DNA of 63,822 nucleotides, counting the filler, from Octopus bimaculoides (lineage: Eukaryota), in the NCBI RefSeq assembly GCF_001194135.2. It is 5 parts of 5 records of this genome, joined end to end, with 100 filler letters (N's around TTAATTAATTAA, not from the genome) between each part and the next. Parts side by side here need not be neighbours in the genome. Positions count along the whole stretch, not along the records: positions 28,826 to 45,945 come from NC_068986.1; positions 46,046 to 58,948 come from NC_068991.1; 3 more parts are not named here. One strand, written 5' to 3'. A program made the translations under genes and the position numbers. Below are positions 37,232-49,925 of the stretch, one piece after another (within the stretch, counting starts at the first letter, position 1; each line of letters opens with the position of its first letter). Under the pieces are notes generated by a model. The model had not been told where the DNA came from. It saw only the letters and a program-made list of their open reading frames with translations, and did no database searches.

Positions 37232-37286
37232 CTGAAGAGATGTCGGCGTGGGTTCCCACCCCGGCATCCGAAACTCGGAGTTTTAT
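37227..37286 (+). ncRNA. Candidate minimal type I hammerhead ribozyme
   Basis: Stem I ATAA/TTAT; core CTGAAGA (37232-37238); stem II GATGTCGG/CCGGCATC(C) capped by GTGGG-TT-CCCAC; GAAA (37270-37273); near-palindromic stem III AACTC-G-GAGTT; GUU cleavage triplet at 37280-37282. Confidence 0.7.
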
Positions 37287-37405
37287 CATTCCTACCGAAT
37301 AAGTGTCACATATTTTTACGTTTTACAGATGAATTCCTCTATTTACATAATATCGAGGTCTCTTTCTTCCTTTTGTTTTCCTTTCTATCAATATATATAT
37401 ATATG

Positions 37406-37440
<35 letters not shown>

Positions 37441-37443
37441 TTA

Positions 37444-37502
<59 letters not shown>

Positions 37503-37822
37503 GTATCTATCTATCTATATATCTTATGAGAATATTATTGCAATAATATAATTTTCTATTCCAGGTATAAAGCCTGACATTGAACTCAATTACATCGACC
37601 TCAAACGAAACACACTTAACTGACTCCGAAAGGGTAAAAGCATAAGTTGGAAAATCGAACTTAGAAGGTAGTGATGGGCAAAATGTCGCATAGCCTGTGG
37701 TCCCCTTCTAATACTGCAAAATATCGACTAATCCGTTTGCTTCATGCCCTTGTTACTTCGAAAAATATATACTCATCGCCCAAGACGTTATTATTATTTC
37801 CTTTGTATATTATAGTTGCAGC

Positions 37823-37896
<74 letters not shown>

Positions 37897-38591
37897 GGCA
37901 AATAGACCAGATATAGTTGTCAAAGATCATGAAGGAAAAAAAATGCTTTCTAATTGATGTNNNNNNNNNNNNNNNNNNNNNNNNNNNNNNNNNNNNNNNN
38001 NNNNNNNNNNNNNNNNNNNNNNNNNNNNNNNNNNNNNNNNNNNNNNNNNNNNNNNNNNNNNNNNNNNNNNNNNNNNNNNNNNNNNNNNNNNNNNNNNNNN
38101 NNNNNNNNNNNNNNNNNNNNNNNNNNNNNNNNNNNNNNNNNNNNNNNNNNNNNNNNNNNNNNNNNNNNNNNNNNNNNNNNNNNNNNNNNNNNNNNNNNNN
38201 NNNNNNNNNNNNNNNNNNNNNNNNNNNNNNNNNNNNNNNNNNNNNNNNNNNNNNNNNNNNNNNNNNNNNNNNNNNNNNNNNNNNNNNNNNNNNNNNNNNN
38301 NNNNNNNNNNNNNNNNNNNNNNNNNNNNNNNNNNNNNNNNNNNNNNNNNNNNNNNNNNNNNNNNNNNNNNNNNNNNNNNNNNNNNNNNNNNNATAACAAA
38401 AACACTAGGACTTACAAATATACATAACATACAGAAAATTGCGCTACTGGGTACTGCACACATCCTACACAAAACACATTCAATACAGTAACCATAAGAG
38501 CATCACAGCAAACCACAGCACATACCCAAGGCGCACAGAGCTGCGCTCGGTAGTGAAGTGAAAGCACGTTATAAAAATAAAACTACTGAAC

Positions 38592-38623
<32 letters not shown>

Positions 38624-38629
38624 TAATAA
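37897..38629 (+). mobile_element. 5'-truncated R4/Dong-like non-LTR retrotransposon (RLE region, 3'UTR, (AAT)n tail), spanning a gap
   Basis: ANRPDIVVKDHEG/KKCFLID...IQKIALLGTAHILHKT stop at 38489-38491; (AAT)n on both sides (37824-37896 and 38591-38629). Confidence 0.8.
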
Positions 38630-38789
38630 GTCCCAAATCACAATTTACCGGTCAAAATTAAAAAAAAAAAGAAGGATCAGTCGCAGAGAACGAAAGAATG
38701 AACTGAAATGAAAACTAAATAAATAAACAGGTATCTTAACTGATAAACACATAAATGATCGATAGTATTATACGTTAGAGTTTTTGTCT

Positions 38790-39330
38790 CCGACAAAACT
38801 ATACAGTTTTCAAAAGAAATTCATAAGCGAATTATTGAGTATTTATAGGTGTGACCTAATTCTACACTTATTAAAATCAATAAGAGAAATCTAGAAATGG
38901 TGAAAAAAGCTAGGATTAGATTCTAAAATAGAACCATATACCGGAAAGAAATAATACACTATTAACCCAAAAATTCACAAAAGAAATTTTGAAATTAGTC
39001 CAACATTTAGACTTATATGCTCTTTCAAAGCAACTATAGGTAGGATTTTAAAACCTTCCTTGATAGAGTACTTCTTACTTTAAAATAGAAAGTAACATTT
39101 TTGCTCTGGTTGGATACACTCGAAGTGAGTAGATGGTTTGAAAACGTAGAGAATAAACAGTTTCATATATCTGGTTTATTAATCCACTATAAACATGGTA
39201 CTGTTAGATCGGGCTTCGATATTTGCTATGAAGAAATTTGATTTATCTAAAAATAATTCTGACGTCATTCTAGCTTACCACAAAACACTGAAACATTTTG
39301 AATGTAAACTACCTGTCCCCTATTCATGAC
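38790..39330 (+). mobile_element. Decayed Penelope-like RT fragment
   Basis: Frameshifted segments ISPTFRLICSFKATIGRI, W.DT.EVSRWFENVENKQ and LLDRASIFAMKKFDLS resemble the marine-invertebrate PLE RT pattern P.CRLINP.KS.IGRISK...V..WF.NI.NK (recalled). Confidence 0.55.
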
Positions 39331-39589
39331 TAATATTGCACACTTATCTATGCCAAATTCAATGCCTATACTTTTGCTGAAGTATCTTACAGTCTATATT
39401 AAGGAATCGATTCTGATAAAATAATTTTGACATAAGAATGAGATCTAGTGATTCTCCAACCGTCGCGGATCTCTTCAGCATATACATATTCTTTCCTAGA
39501 TGGAGTCTTCTTTTAAGTTAAGGAAAGTCTACGTAGAATACACACAACTTTAGAGCAGGAGAAGTGTCCTTAGGAACCGCATGAATTCG

Positions 39590-39810
39590 TTTTAGTATCA
39601 GGATGCTTCGCAAGATTGTGGATTACCATTGGTCGGATTTCGTATCCAACCAATGACTCTACTTAGAAACGGGGATATGTCCTGTTCCTTGTATAACTTG
39701 GGATCGCCAGCTCAGATTCTTTGGCCATGTTGCTCCATTTTTCGAGTTAGATTTTGCTTACCTTGGGCTGTTCACTGAGACTCCAGCTGGGTTGACGGCT
39801 CGTGTTGCTC
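39590..39810 (+). mobile_element. Decayed LINE fragment (RTE/L2-type C-terminal region)
   Basis: MLRKIVDYHWSDFVSNQ...ETGICPVPCITWDRQLRFFGHVA. Confidence 0.65.
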
Positions 39811-39832
39811 ATCAGAAGGGTGAGGAAGCTAG

Positions 39833-40685
39833 CGAAGTCAAAACTAAATGGTCAGAATCTAGCGAAGGCTGTAAATACTTGGGCAGTATCACTACTTAAA
39901 AACTCAGCAGCTCTGGACAAAAACTGAATTAGCAAAGCTAGACAGAAAAACTAGGCAGGAATTAAATATGAATGGAGGACTCCACTCTAGGGCAGGAGTG
40001 GCAAGATTATACCTACCCACAAAGGAAGGCAGGAGAGGGCTAATACCGGTAGAAGACTGCGCGGAGTTATATAGAATAGATACAGAATCCTATGTAGATA
40101 ATACCGAAAAAAGTTTATTTAGATATCCTAGAATCAGATACAAAGAAACCAAAACACTAAACGAAGTTAGAAACCAGAAAAAGGAACAAATGTTATTTGA
40201 GTGCTAGGAGAAGTCTTTGCATGGTAGATTCTCAAAGACAGTTGCAGTAAATAGTAGTAGTAAGACAGGGTTATGGCTGTAGAAAGGAAGGCTGAAACGG
40301 GAGATAGAAAGCTTGTTAGTAGCAGTGCAAGATCAAACATTAAAGACTAATCGGATAAAGGTCTACATAGAAAATACCCAAAGTAGATTCCCAGTGTAGG
40401 TTATGCAAATCAAAAGAGGCAAGTGTTACTAATAGAGTAAGTGAATGTAGCATGCTGGCACAGAAAGAATACAAGAAAAGACATGACTATCTAGAGATGT
40501 AATCCACTGGGAGATGTGTAGAAAGTTAGGATTCGATCATACTGATAAATGGTATGAACATGAACCTAGTAAAGTACTAGAAAGTACTAGAAAATACAAG
40601 ATGTAGGACTTTAACATTCAGACCGACAGAGTAATAAAAGCAAGAAAGCCTCATTTAGTAGTAATAAAAAAAGAGAATAGAAAGC
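39833..40685 (+). mobile_element. Second R4/Dong-like LINE fragment (post-RT, CCHC knuckle, RLE start)
   Basis: SKLNGQNLAKAVNTWAVSLL, ARLYLPTKEGRRGL, AVQDQTLKTN, CRLC..KE..V.N.VSEC..LAQKEYKKRHD, WYEHEP.KVLE, DFNIQTDRVIKARKP; many stops. Confidence 0.85.
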
Positions 40686-40899
40686 TATCGATGAGGGCGA
40701 ATGGAGATGGACGGCCTTCGAAAAATTGAAACGAATTGATTGACTGACCGTACAAATATTCAAATAATCGATTGGTTAATTGGTTAAATGGTTAATCAAT
40801 GGACTAATAAAATATAGAACTGAAATACAACCAGTGTTTGTGTCTATTATGTCGAAGGTTTGTTTGCTCAGTTGCATCTGAGTAGAATGGAATGATGTG

Positions 40900-41225
40900 G
40901 GGCCATTCTGTCGCTACGTCGACGTAGTTCAGTATGATTCGGTCAATGGACGAACCTGCTCGTGAAATAAGCATGCAAGTGGCTGATCCCTTCAGAGACG
41001 TGCGTACCCTTAACGTAGTTGTCAGGGAGACTCAGCCTGACACACCGAATATAACAAGGCTAACACATTTAGCTACAGGTACGACTAACCTTTGCTACCT
41101 CACAGGACTGGAGCAACGTTTCAAATAAAGTATCTAACTCAGAGAAAACGAGGCACTGCCGGGAATCGAACTCAAAACCTTACGATCGTGCGCTGAAACC
41201 ACTAACCACTACACCACGTGGGTTC
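40900..41225 (-). mobile_element. SINE family C
   Basis: Reverse complement of the 27700 element (cctgctcgtg...cccttaacgtag...gggaatcgaactc...cttacgatcg). Confidence 0.7.
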
Positions 41226-42190
41226 GCTTTGAAGAGCATAGAATCCTAACCCTAACTCTAACCGTTCCGAGTGTTAATACTTTTACTCTTAAGCTGTATT
41301 TGTCCTTTAATTATTCATATTCACAGTCGATACTTGGAGTAATTAAAACCCACTTTGTAATATTATATTAGACTATATATAAGTTGCGTAACGGAGGTGA
41401 TTTCTTTTAGATTTTGCTTTGCGTATAATTGGTATAATTTCCACTGTTTTGGATGGCAGTATGAAATCCGAGGTAAGTGAATACTCACGATTTTTTAAAT
41501 ATCAATGAAAGAGATAGATTTCATCATCTCAAGCTGTCATGATGAAACTAGAGTGATAGATTTCGAGTGAAGACTAAATACAAAAGATTTTCATATTTGC
41601 AAATCGAACAAATGAATTTAGAGTTTTAGAATTTTACACAGGCTTTAGATTCTTCTTAGATTTCTGCTGCTTAAAATTACAGAAATGTGAGGCAATAATT
41701 GGTAAGTTTTAATTAGGTTATAATCGAAATCTTACGTTAAGAACGGTTCTATATAATTATAAACAGAGTCATTAAATTATAATGAACATCTACGATACAT
41801 TTGCCAACAATTCATTATCATGTATAAAAGTGGCACTCATTAGGCGACAATTTATTGTCAATTTTAACTATTTCAAGCTCAATAAATATGATGCGACATA
41901 GATTAAAATATGGGTCAGATGACGTGGAAATTAAAAGGGACCTCGCTCACATTCACAAGGATATTCCTATTCGAAAATTAACAAAGATCCAATAGTTGTA
42001 AAGTTGATGAAAGCAATAAAATATCAACAGTCGGTGATAAGTCGTTGTCTAGGATGTCAAGTTTGTTTTATTCCCTTTTAATGTTACAGTATAGTAATTT
42101 ATATTCTAGCGGTTTATTACTCCAGTTGCACATCTTAAACTTTAAATAGGTCTATGACAAGTACAACTGCATACGTACATACATACATGC

Positions 42191-42224
<34 letters not shown>

Positions 42225-45200
42225 NNNNNNNNNNNNNNNNNNNNNNNNNNNNNNNNNNNNNNNNNNNNNNNNNNNNNNNNNNNNNNNNNNNNNNNNNNNN
42301 NNNNNNNNNNNNNNNNNNNNNNNNNNNNNNNNNNNNNNNNNNNNNNNNNNNNNNNNNNNNNNNNNNNNNNNNNNNNNNNNNNNNNNNNNNNNNNNNNNNN
42401 NNNNNNNNNNNNNNNNNNNNNNNNNNNNNNNNNNNNNNNNNNNNNNNNNNNNNNNNNNNNNNNNNNNNNNNNNNNNNNNNNNNNNNNNNNNNNNNNNNNN
42501 NNNNNNNNNNNNNNNNNNNNNNNNNNNNNNNNNNNNNNNNTATATATATATATATATATGCATATTGATATACGGCAACAGCCAAATGCACACTCATCCA
42601 CACACACAGAGATAAATATGCAGATAGATAGACAGGCAGACATAAAGACAGACGTATAGATAGACAGATAGATGGTAGTTAGGTTGGTAGGAAAGTCTGT
42701 AAATAGACAGATACAAATGCAATCAACAGAAAATATTAAAATATGTCCTGTGTTTTAAATATTTGCTTTAACATTTTAACTTGGAATCGAAGCATTTGTG
42801 TTATGGACGCAAATTTTAAGCATCTTTAATAAGCAGACTAACAGTGAGGGATGCAGTGGTAACGGGTTTTTGGAAATGCATGAGGACCGCTTATAATTGC
42901 TTACGATGTGGGTGATATCTTTGAGCTTAACTCCACAAAGTCTGCATGGGGTGTAACATTTTCAGCTTTTCCTTTATCGCTATCTATTTTGTGCATCAGA
43001 TATATGGTTGATATTTCTTGTTCCAGGATATATATATGTATGTACAAGTGCGTTGTAGTTTGGATGAAGCATTCTAAAATCTAAGAAGGTCAAAATAGAC
43101 AAAATAGAAAGCTTCTCACGATGCTGGTCGTTTTATGAAACCTTTACATTTCTGACGCAAAGGCTCAAAATCAGAAGGAAAACAGTCTCGGAAATGTCCA
43201 GTTATGCAGGTTCTATTAACCCCTAGGGCACTTGAACGGGTTAATGGAACTTGCAGAACTTCTTTTGGAGATGGTCCTTTACGCCTGAAGTTTAAAGATT
43301 TTATATAACTATCCATATTTGTCAGCTTTCTATCTATATTCTCGCTTCTTACGTTCTTATATATATATATATATATATACATATATTGAGTAACAAAGAG
43401 TACACGTGTCAGTTCCTGTGTAATAAAATGTACAATTGCCAATTCATTACGGCCGTTTCAAGCGACTCCTTTAATTGAGTAATGAAAACATTATTTCATT
43501 AGATTTCAAATATAAAGGATACAACCAATTTCTTTAACATATTCACATCAATAATTGAACTCAAAATATTTACATTGATGTGTGTTCTCTGTGGCAGCAT
43601 GAGTTTAGAAAATAATGCGTACATTGTTAAGTCTAATATAATCAAGAAAGTCGCATAGAAAATTTTGGGGTCAGCATAAAAAGAATGGTGATCTAATTAC
43701 TTACACTTAGAAGACTTTATGTAGAATCCGAGTTGCGTTGTATACACACATGGCAAGAATATCGGGTATAAGCTACCCTGCACGGGCTTTTGATATTCAA
43801 CATTCAATTCATATTTTTTAGATATGCGGATTATACCGACCTAGTAATGTGCCTCAAATTAAGTACCTAATTCAACAGAATCTTAATTAAATTCTAATTC
43901 GTCAACAACAGTCACATTTTGCATGCACCTATATAAATGAGAATAAACTTATATAAAATGTTTCATTAGAGACTAAATCAACAGTAGATATTTTAGGAAA
44001 ATTAATATATGTATTACAACGCGTTCACTTCAACGTGAATGAGAGTAGATTTGCATATAAAATTACTGAAGTAATGATATATGCGTACATTCATATATAC
44101 GATTGCGCATATGAATGCATGTATATAGGCATTTATGTATGTATGTATGTCTGTATGTACGTATAAACGTATTTATAAGAGTCAGTGCTGCATTTGACCC
44201 GACAATTATTTGATTGAATCTAGCACTCCTTTCATATATCTTGCTCTATACCAAAAACAACAAAATTAAAGAAAAGAATAAATTTGCAAGTGGATAGAAC
44301 TATATGAATATGCATACATATATATATATATATATATATANNNNNNNNNNNNNNNNNNNNNNNNNNNNNNNNNNNNNNNNNNNNNNNNNNNNNNNNNNNN
44401 NNNNNNNNNNNNNNNNNNNNNNNNNNNNNNNNNNNNNNNNNNNNNNNNNNNNNNNNNNNNNNNNNNNNNNNNNNNNNNNNNNNNNNNNNNNNNNNNNNNN
44501 NNNNNNNNNNNNNNNNNNNNNNNNNNNNNNNNNNNNNNNNNNNNNNNNNNNNNNNNNNNNNNNNNNNNNNNNNNNNNNNNNNNNNNNNNNNNNNNNNNNN
44601 NNNNNNNNNNNNNNNNNNNNNNNNNNNNNNNNNNNNNNNNNNNNNNNNNNNNNNNNNNNNNNNNNNNNNNNNNNNNNNNNNNNNNNNNNNNNNNNNNNNN
44701 NNNNNNNNNNNNNNNNNNNNNNNNNNNNNNNNNNNNNNNNNNNNNNNNNNNNNNNNNNNNNNNNNNNNNNNNNNNNNNNNNNNNNNNNNNNNNNNNNNNN
44801 NNNNNNNNNNNNNNNNNNNNNNNNNNNNNNNNNNNNNNNNNNNNNNNNNNNNNNNNNNNNNNNNNNNNNNNNNNNNNNNNNNNNNNNNNNNNNNNNNNNN
44901 NNNNNNNNNNNNNNNNNNNNNNNNNNNNNNNNNNNNNNNNNNNNNNNNNNNNNNNNNNNNNNNNNNNNNNNNNNNNNNNNNNNNNNNNNNNNNNNNNNNN
45001 NNNNNNNNNNNNNNNNNNNNNNNNNNNNNNNNNNNNNNNNNNNNNNNNNNNNNNNNNNNNNNNNNNNNNNNNNNNNNNNNNNNNNNNNNNNNNNNNNNNN
45101 NNNNNNNNNNNNNNNNNNNNNNNNNNNNNNNNNNNNNNNNNNNNNNNNNNNNNNNNNNNNNNNNNNNNNNNNNNNNNNNNNNNNNNNNNNNNNNNNNNNN

Positions 45201-45559
45201 NNNNNNNNNNNNNNNNNNNNNNNNNNNNNNNNNNNNNNNNNNNNNNNNNNNNNNNNNNNNNNNNNNNNNNNNATATATATACAATGTGGGATGGGGAAAT
45301 TGTCGCTATTTTATATTTGAAATTACGTGCATTGTTTTTTAGATTCTGTCAACTACATAATATAGTAGGTTCAGTTGGGCACGGTTTGTGAAAAAAAAAA
45401 AAAAAACAGCACCGTGTGGCTTTTCATTTTGCCAGGAATTTGGAAACGACATGCTGTACTGTTTGCCATACTAGTGGGAATTACTAACAAAACTCTTTGC
45501 AACACTACAGATAAATTGAAGTGAAGAATTATGGCAGCATTATGGCAGGGTTATAGATT

Positions 45560-45830
45560 ATGGATTATGGCAGCATTAAAGAAAGAGACCATCCAGAAAG
45601 GTTGCAGGAGATTCCGTCTGGAGGCCGTGGCTGAAGCCGATGGCGATAATATTGAATCAATTTACTCTTTAGTATTTCAAGATATTTGCATGTAATTTTC
45701 GTAAATCTGTTAAAATGAGATGTCAGTGTAATTTCAATTTTTGCATTATTTAGTTGAGAATTTATTCAGCATAAAGGAAAACTATATGTGTGACTAAATA
45801 TGACCTACGTGTTAGAAGCACATACACCGC
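45560..45830 (+). mobile_element. Tc1/mariner transposase extreme C-terminus and 3' end
   Basis: KETIQKGCRRFRLEAVAEADGDNIE resembles mariner/maT C-termini (ACxRFRxRLEAVxxAxGxxIE). Confidence 0.5.
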
Positions 45831-46229
45831 TCCTATTTCTGGCAGTGTGTTTTCATATGTACCTATGTATGTATGTATGCATGTATGAATGTATGTATGT
45901 ATTAATGTATTTATGTAGTTATGAATATATATATATATATATATANNNNNNNNNNNNNNNNNNNNNNNNNNNNNNNNNNNNNNNNNNNNTTAATTAATTA
46001 ANNNNNNNNNNNNNNNNNNNNNNNNNNNNNNNNNNNNNNNNNNNNTGTGTGTACATCTATGTATGTATGTATGTATGTATGTATGTAGGTGAGTATGTAT
46101 TTGTATATCTATGCCTACGCATTTGCATACCTATGTCTATATGTCCATATATGTGTGTGTGTGTGTGCGTGCGTGTGTATGTGTGTGTTTACTCCCGATT
46201 AAACCCCCTTCTTAATTCCATATGAAAAT

Positions 46230-46412
46230 CTCCCACGTCTCTCTCTCTCTCTCTCTCACACTGCCTCTCACTTCTTGTTCTTCATTCTTTCTCATTTTCC
46301 CTTGTTTTAGACACATACACACACATTATCCATAACATCCCTTTCTGTTTCCCTCTCTTTCTCTTTCTCCCTCTCTCTCTCTCTCTCTCTCAGTTTATCT
46401 CTCCTGGTCACA

Positions 46413-46492
<80 letters not shown>

Positions 46493-47246
46493 TTAACCCT
46501 CTTTCCCGGTGTTATATTTATATTTTCCACCAGATTAACCATTATCTTACACTAAGAATCTTCCATCTTACTCTCTCTTCTTTTTCTTCTTTTTCTCAAC
46601 AAGCTTCTAATTTCTTTTGAATACTTGCACACACACACACACACATACACACACACACACATACACACACACACGCACACGCACTCTTTCTCTCTCTCCC
46701 TCCCTCTCTCAATACATTTCGTTACCTCTCCTTATTATCCTGTACTCTCTCACGTACTCTCTCTCTCTCATGGTAAGCTATCTTTCTTTCTTTCATGTTA
46801 GCCTCTCTGTTCCTCCTTCCTTCATGATAGTCTCTCACTCTTTCTCTCTCTCTCTCTCTCTCTCCTTCCCTCTCTTTCTCCTCCTCTTTCTCCTCCTCTT
46901 TCTCTCTCTCTCTTCCTCTCTCATAATGTAGTCTCTCTCGCTACCCCACCTCATAATGTACTTTCTTCTCTTAAGCTGACCTCTATCTTGTTATTCTCTC
47001 CCTCGTCCTACTCTCAAATTGTATTCTTTAATGTCGTACTCATTCCCTCTCGAGTCTACTTTCTCATCTCATACTCTCTCATAACGTGCACTCTCTTGCT
47101 GTACTTTCTCTCTTTCTCTCTCTCTCTCTTTATTTATCTATCTATCTCTATCTCTATCTCTCTATCTCTATCTCTAACTATCTGTGTATGTCTCTCTCTC
47201 TCATGGCTAGGCACTCCTTCGAGCTTGTACTTTGCTTTGTACTGTA

Positions 47247-47285
<39 letters not shown>

Positions 47286-47307
47286 ACTCTGTCTCTCTCT
47301 GTCTCTC

Positions 47308-47376
<69 letters not shown>

Positions 47377-47687
47377 TTCTCCCTCTTATCTCTCCCTTAT
47401 TCTTTTCAATACTCTCTTTCATGCCTTCAATTTCGTTCTGTTTTGTTTTCTTCCTCACACACTCATCCGCTCTCTCCCCTCTCTCTCTCCTCTCTCTGTC
47501 TTCTCTCTCTCTCATTCTTTATTTCTGTCTATCGTATCGTTCATTCTCTCTTTTCTTTCACACTATCTCTTTCTCTAAACCCTAGCACACGCAACTCTTC
47601 GTTCTCCACACACACACACACGCACACAAACACACACACTTTCTATTTATCTATCTATCTATTTCTATCTACCTATCTACCTGCCTG

Positions 47688-47733
<46 letters not shown>

Positions 47734-48260
47734 CAACTATCTGTCTGCCTGCCTGTCTGTCTGTCCAGCTATCAATTTATCTATTTATTCATTTGTCTGT
47801 CTACATTTTTATCTGCCTATCTATCTATCTATCTATCTATTTATTTATCTCTCTATCTACCTATTTGTCCGTCTTTCTTCTTCATTATCAGTCGCGCTTT
47901 TTCTCTTTCACTCTGTCTATCTCTCTTCCTCATAATTTTTCTCCGCTTCCCCCCCTCTCTCTCTCTCTCTCTCTCTTGCTAGATTCTACCTCACAATGTA
48001 CTTACTCTATCACTTATCCTTCCTCTCCCTCTTACTCTACTCACAAACTGCATTCTCTTATGTTGCACTCATTCTCTCTCGAGCGTACTTTCATGTTGTA
48101 CTCTTTCATCTTGTACCTACTTTTCTATCAATCTTTCTATTCGTCTGTCTACTTTTCTCATTATCAGTCACGTTTCCCCTCTCACTGTCCTTCTTCCCCA
48201 CTATTATTCTCCTCTCTCGATTTCTTTAACCCCCCCCCCCCTCTCTCTCTCACTCACTAT
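46230..48260. repeat. About 2 kb CT-rich / (CTAT)n polypyrimidine low-complexity region
   Basis: Directly visible. Confidence 0.95.
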
Positions 48261-48299
48261 CAAATGATTCAAAGGTCCTTCCCGGGGCACAGGTTTAAT

Positions 48300-48512
48300 A
48301 ATCCTTTCTACTATAGGCACAAGACCTGAAATTTGGGGGAGAGGCTAGTCGATTACGTCGACCCCAGTACTCAACTGGTACTTAATTTATCGACCCGGAA
48401 AGGATGAAAGGCAAAGTCGACCTCGGCGGAATTTGAACGCACAACGTAGCAACGGCCTAAATGCAGCTAAGCATTTCGCCCGGCGTGCTCACGATTCTGC
48501 CAGCTCGCCGTC
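48300..48512 (-). mobile_element. SINE family B
   Basis: ggatgaaaggcaaagtcgacctcggcggaatttgaac...ctgccagctcgcc. Confidence 0.85.
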
Positions 48513-48817
48513 TTGCATAGATTTAATAATGCCGGTTTCCCAGATTCTGTGGCGTATATATTCACCCATTTCCAGTGGTCTGAACTCCGATCTCTCACAG
48601 TACTATTCATTTTTGCCGGCTGAGTCGACTGGAGCAACGTGAAATGATGTTTTGTTCAAGCACACAACGCATCACTTGGTCCAGGAATCGAAACCCCAAT
48701 CTTACGATCATGAATGCAACACCCTAACTACTAATTACGGGTTTTCACCTCTCTGGTTATACATACATACAAACATACATATATGTGTGTGTGTGTGTGT
48801 TTATGTAAATATGTATG

Positions 48818-48866
<49 letters not shown>

Positions 48867-49361
48867 NNNNNNNNNNNNNNNNNNNNNNNNNNNNNNNNNN
48901 NNNNNNNNNNNNNNNNNNNNNNNNNNNNNNNNNNNNNNNNNNNNNNNNNNNNNNNNNNNNNNNNNNNNNNNNNNNNNNNNNNNNNNNNNNNNNNNNNNNN
49001 NNNNNNNNNNNNNNNNNNNNNNNNNNNNNNNNNNNNNNNNNNNNNNNNNNNNNNNNNNNNNNNNNNNNNNNNNNNNNNNNNNNNNNNNNNNNNNNNNNNN
49101 NNNNNNNNNNNNNNNNNNNNNNNNNNNNNNNNNNNNNNNNNNNNNNNNNNNNNNNNNNNNNNNNNNNNNNNNNNNNNNNNNNNNNNNNNNNNNNNNNNNN
49201 NNNNNNNNNNNNNNNNNNNNNNNNNNNNNNNNNNNNNNNNNNNNNNNNNNNNNNNNNNNNNNNNNNNNNNNNNNNNNNNNNNNNNNNNNNNNNNNNNNNN
49301 NNNNNNNNNNNNNNNNNNNNNNNNNNNNNNNNNNNNNNNNNNNNNNNNNNNNNNNNNNNNN

Positions 49362-49393
<32 letters not shown>

Positions 49394-49789
49394 GTCGGCG
49401 TGTGTATGTTACAAAGAATGTGAGAGAAATATATATACATGCATACATACACATACATACGTACGCACATGCATATATACACAGATATATACATACGTAG
49501 CTTCTCTGTGTAAGTTCGGTTGTTTCTCACTCTCACGTTCTCTCTCTCTTTCTCTCTCTTTCTCTCTTTCTTTCTATCTCTCTCTCTCTCTGTTACACAC
49601 TCATACGAACACACAAATACAGGAATACACACCTTCGAACAGATACCTTCACACACACACACACACACACATTCCTTCTAGTTCTCACTTCAATCAATCC
49701 ACCCTGATGAATAAAACAAAACACTCTTTAATCATATACAATGTTTTTTTTTCTTCGTTCTTTATTTGGCTTTTTTAATGTTGATGTTG

Positions 49790-49791
49790 TT

Positions 49792-49823
<32 letters not shown>

Positions 49824-49852
49824 AATTATCGTTATTATTATTATTGTTGTCA

Positions 49853-49925
<73 letters not shown>
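49790..49925. repeat. (ATC)n-(ATT)n compound microsatellite
   Basis: Directly visible. Confidence 0.95.

Noticed and set aside
43116-43442. 108-aa minus-strand ORF in unique sequence
   Set aside because: No recognisable motif, it crosses a (TA)n tract, and I see no convincing splice sites.
46988-48329. Ser/Leu-rich and (RE)n ORFs of up to 298 aa
   Set aside because: Products of (CT)n/(CTAT)n low-complexity DNA.
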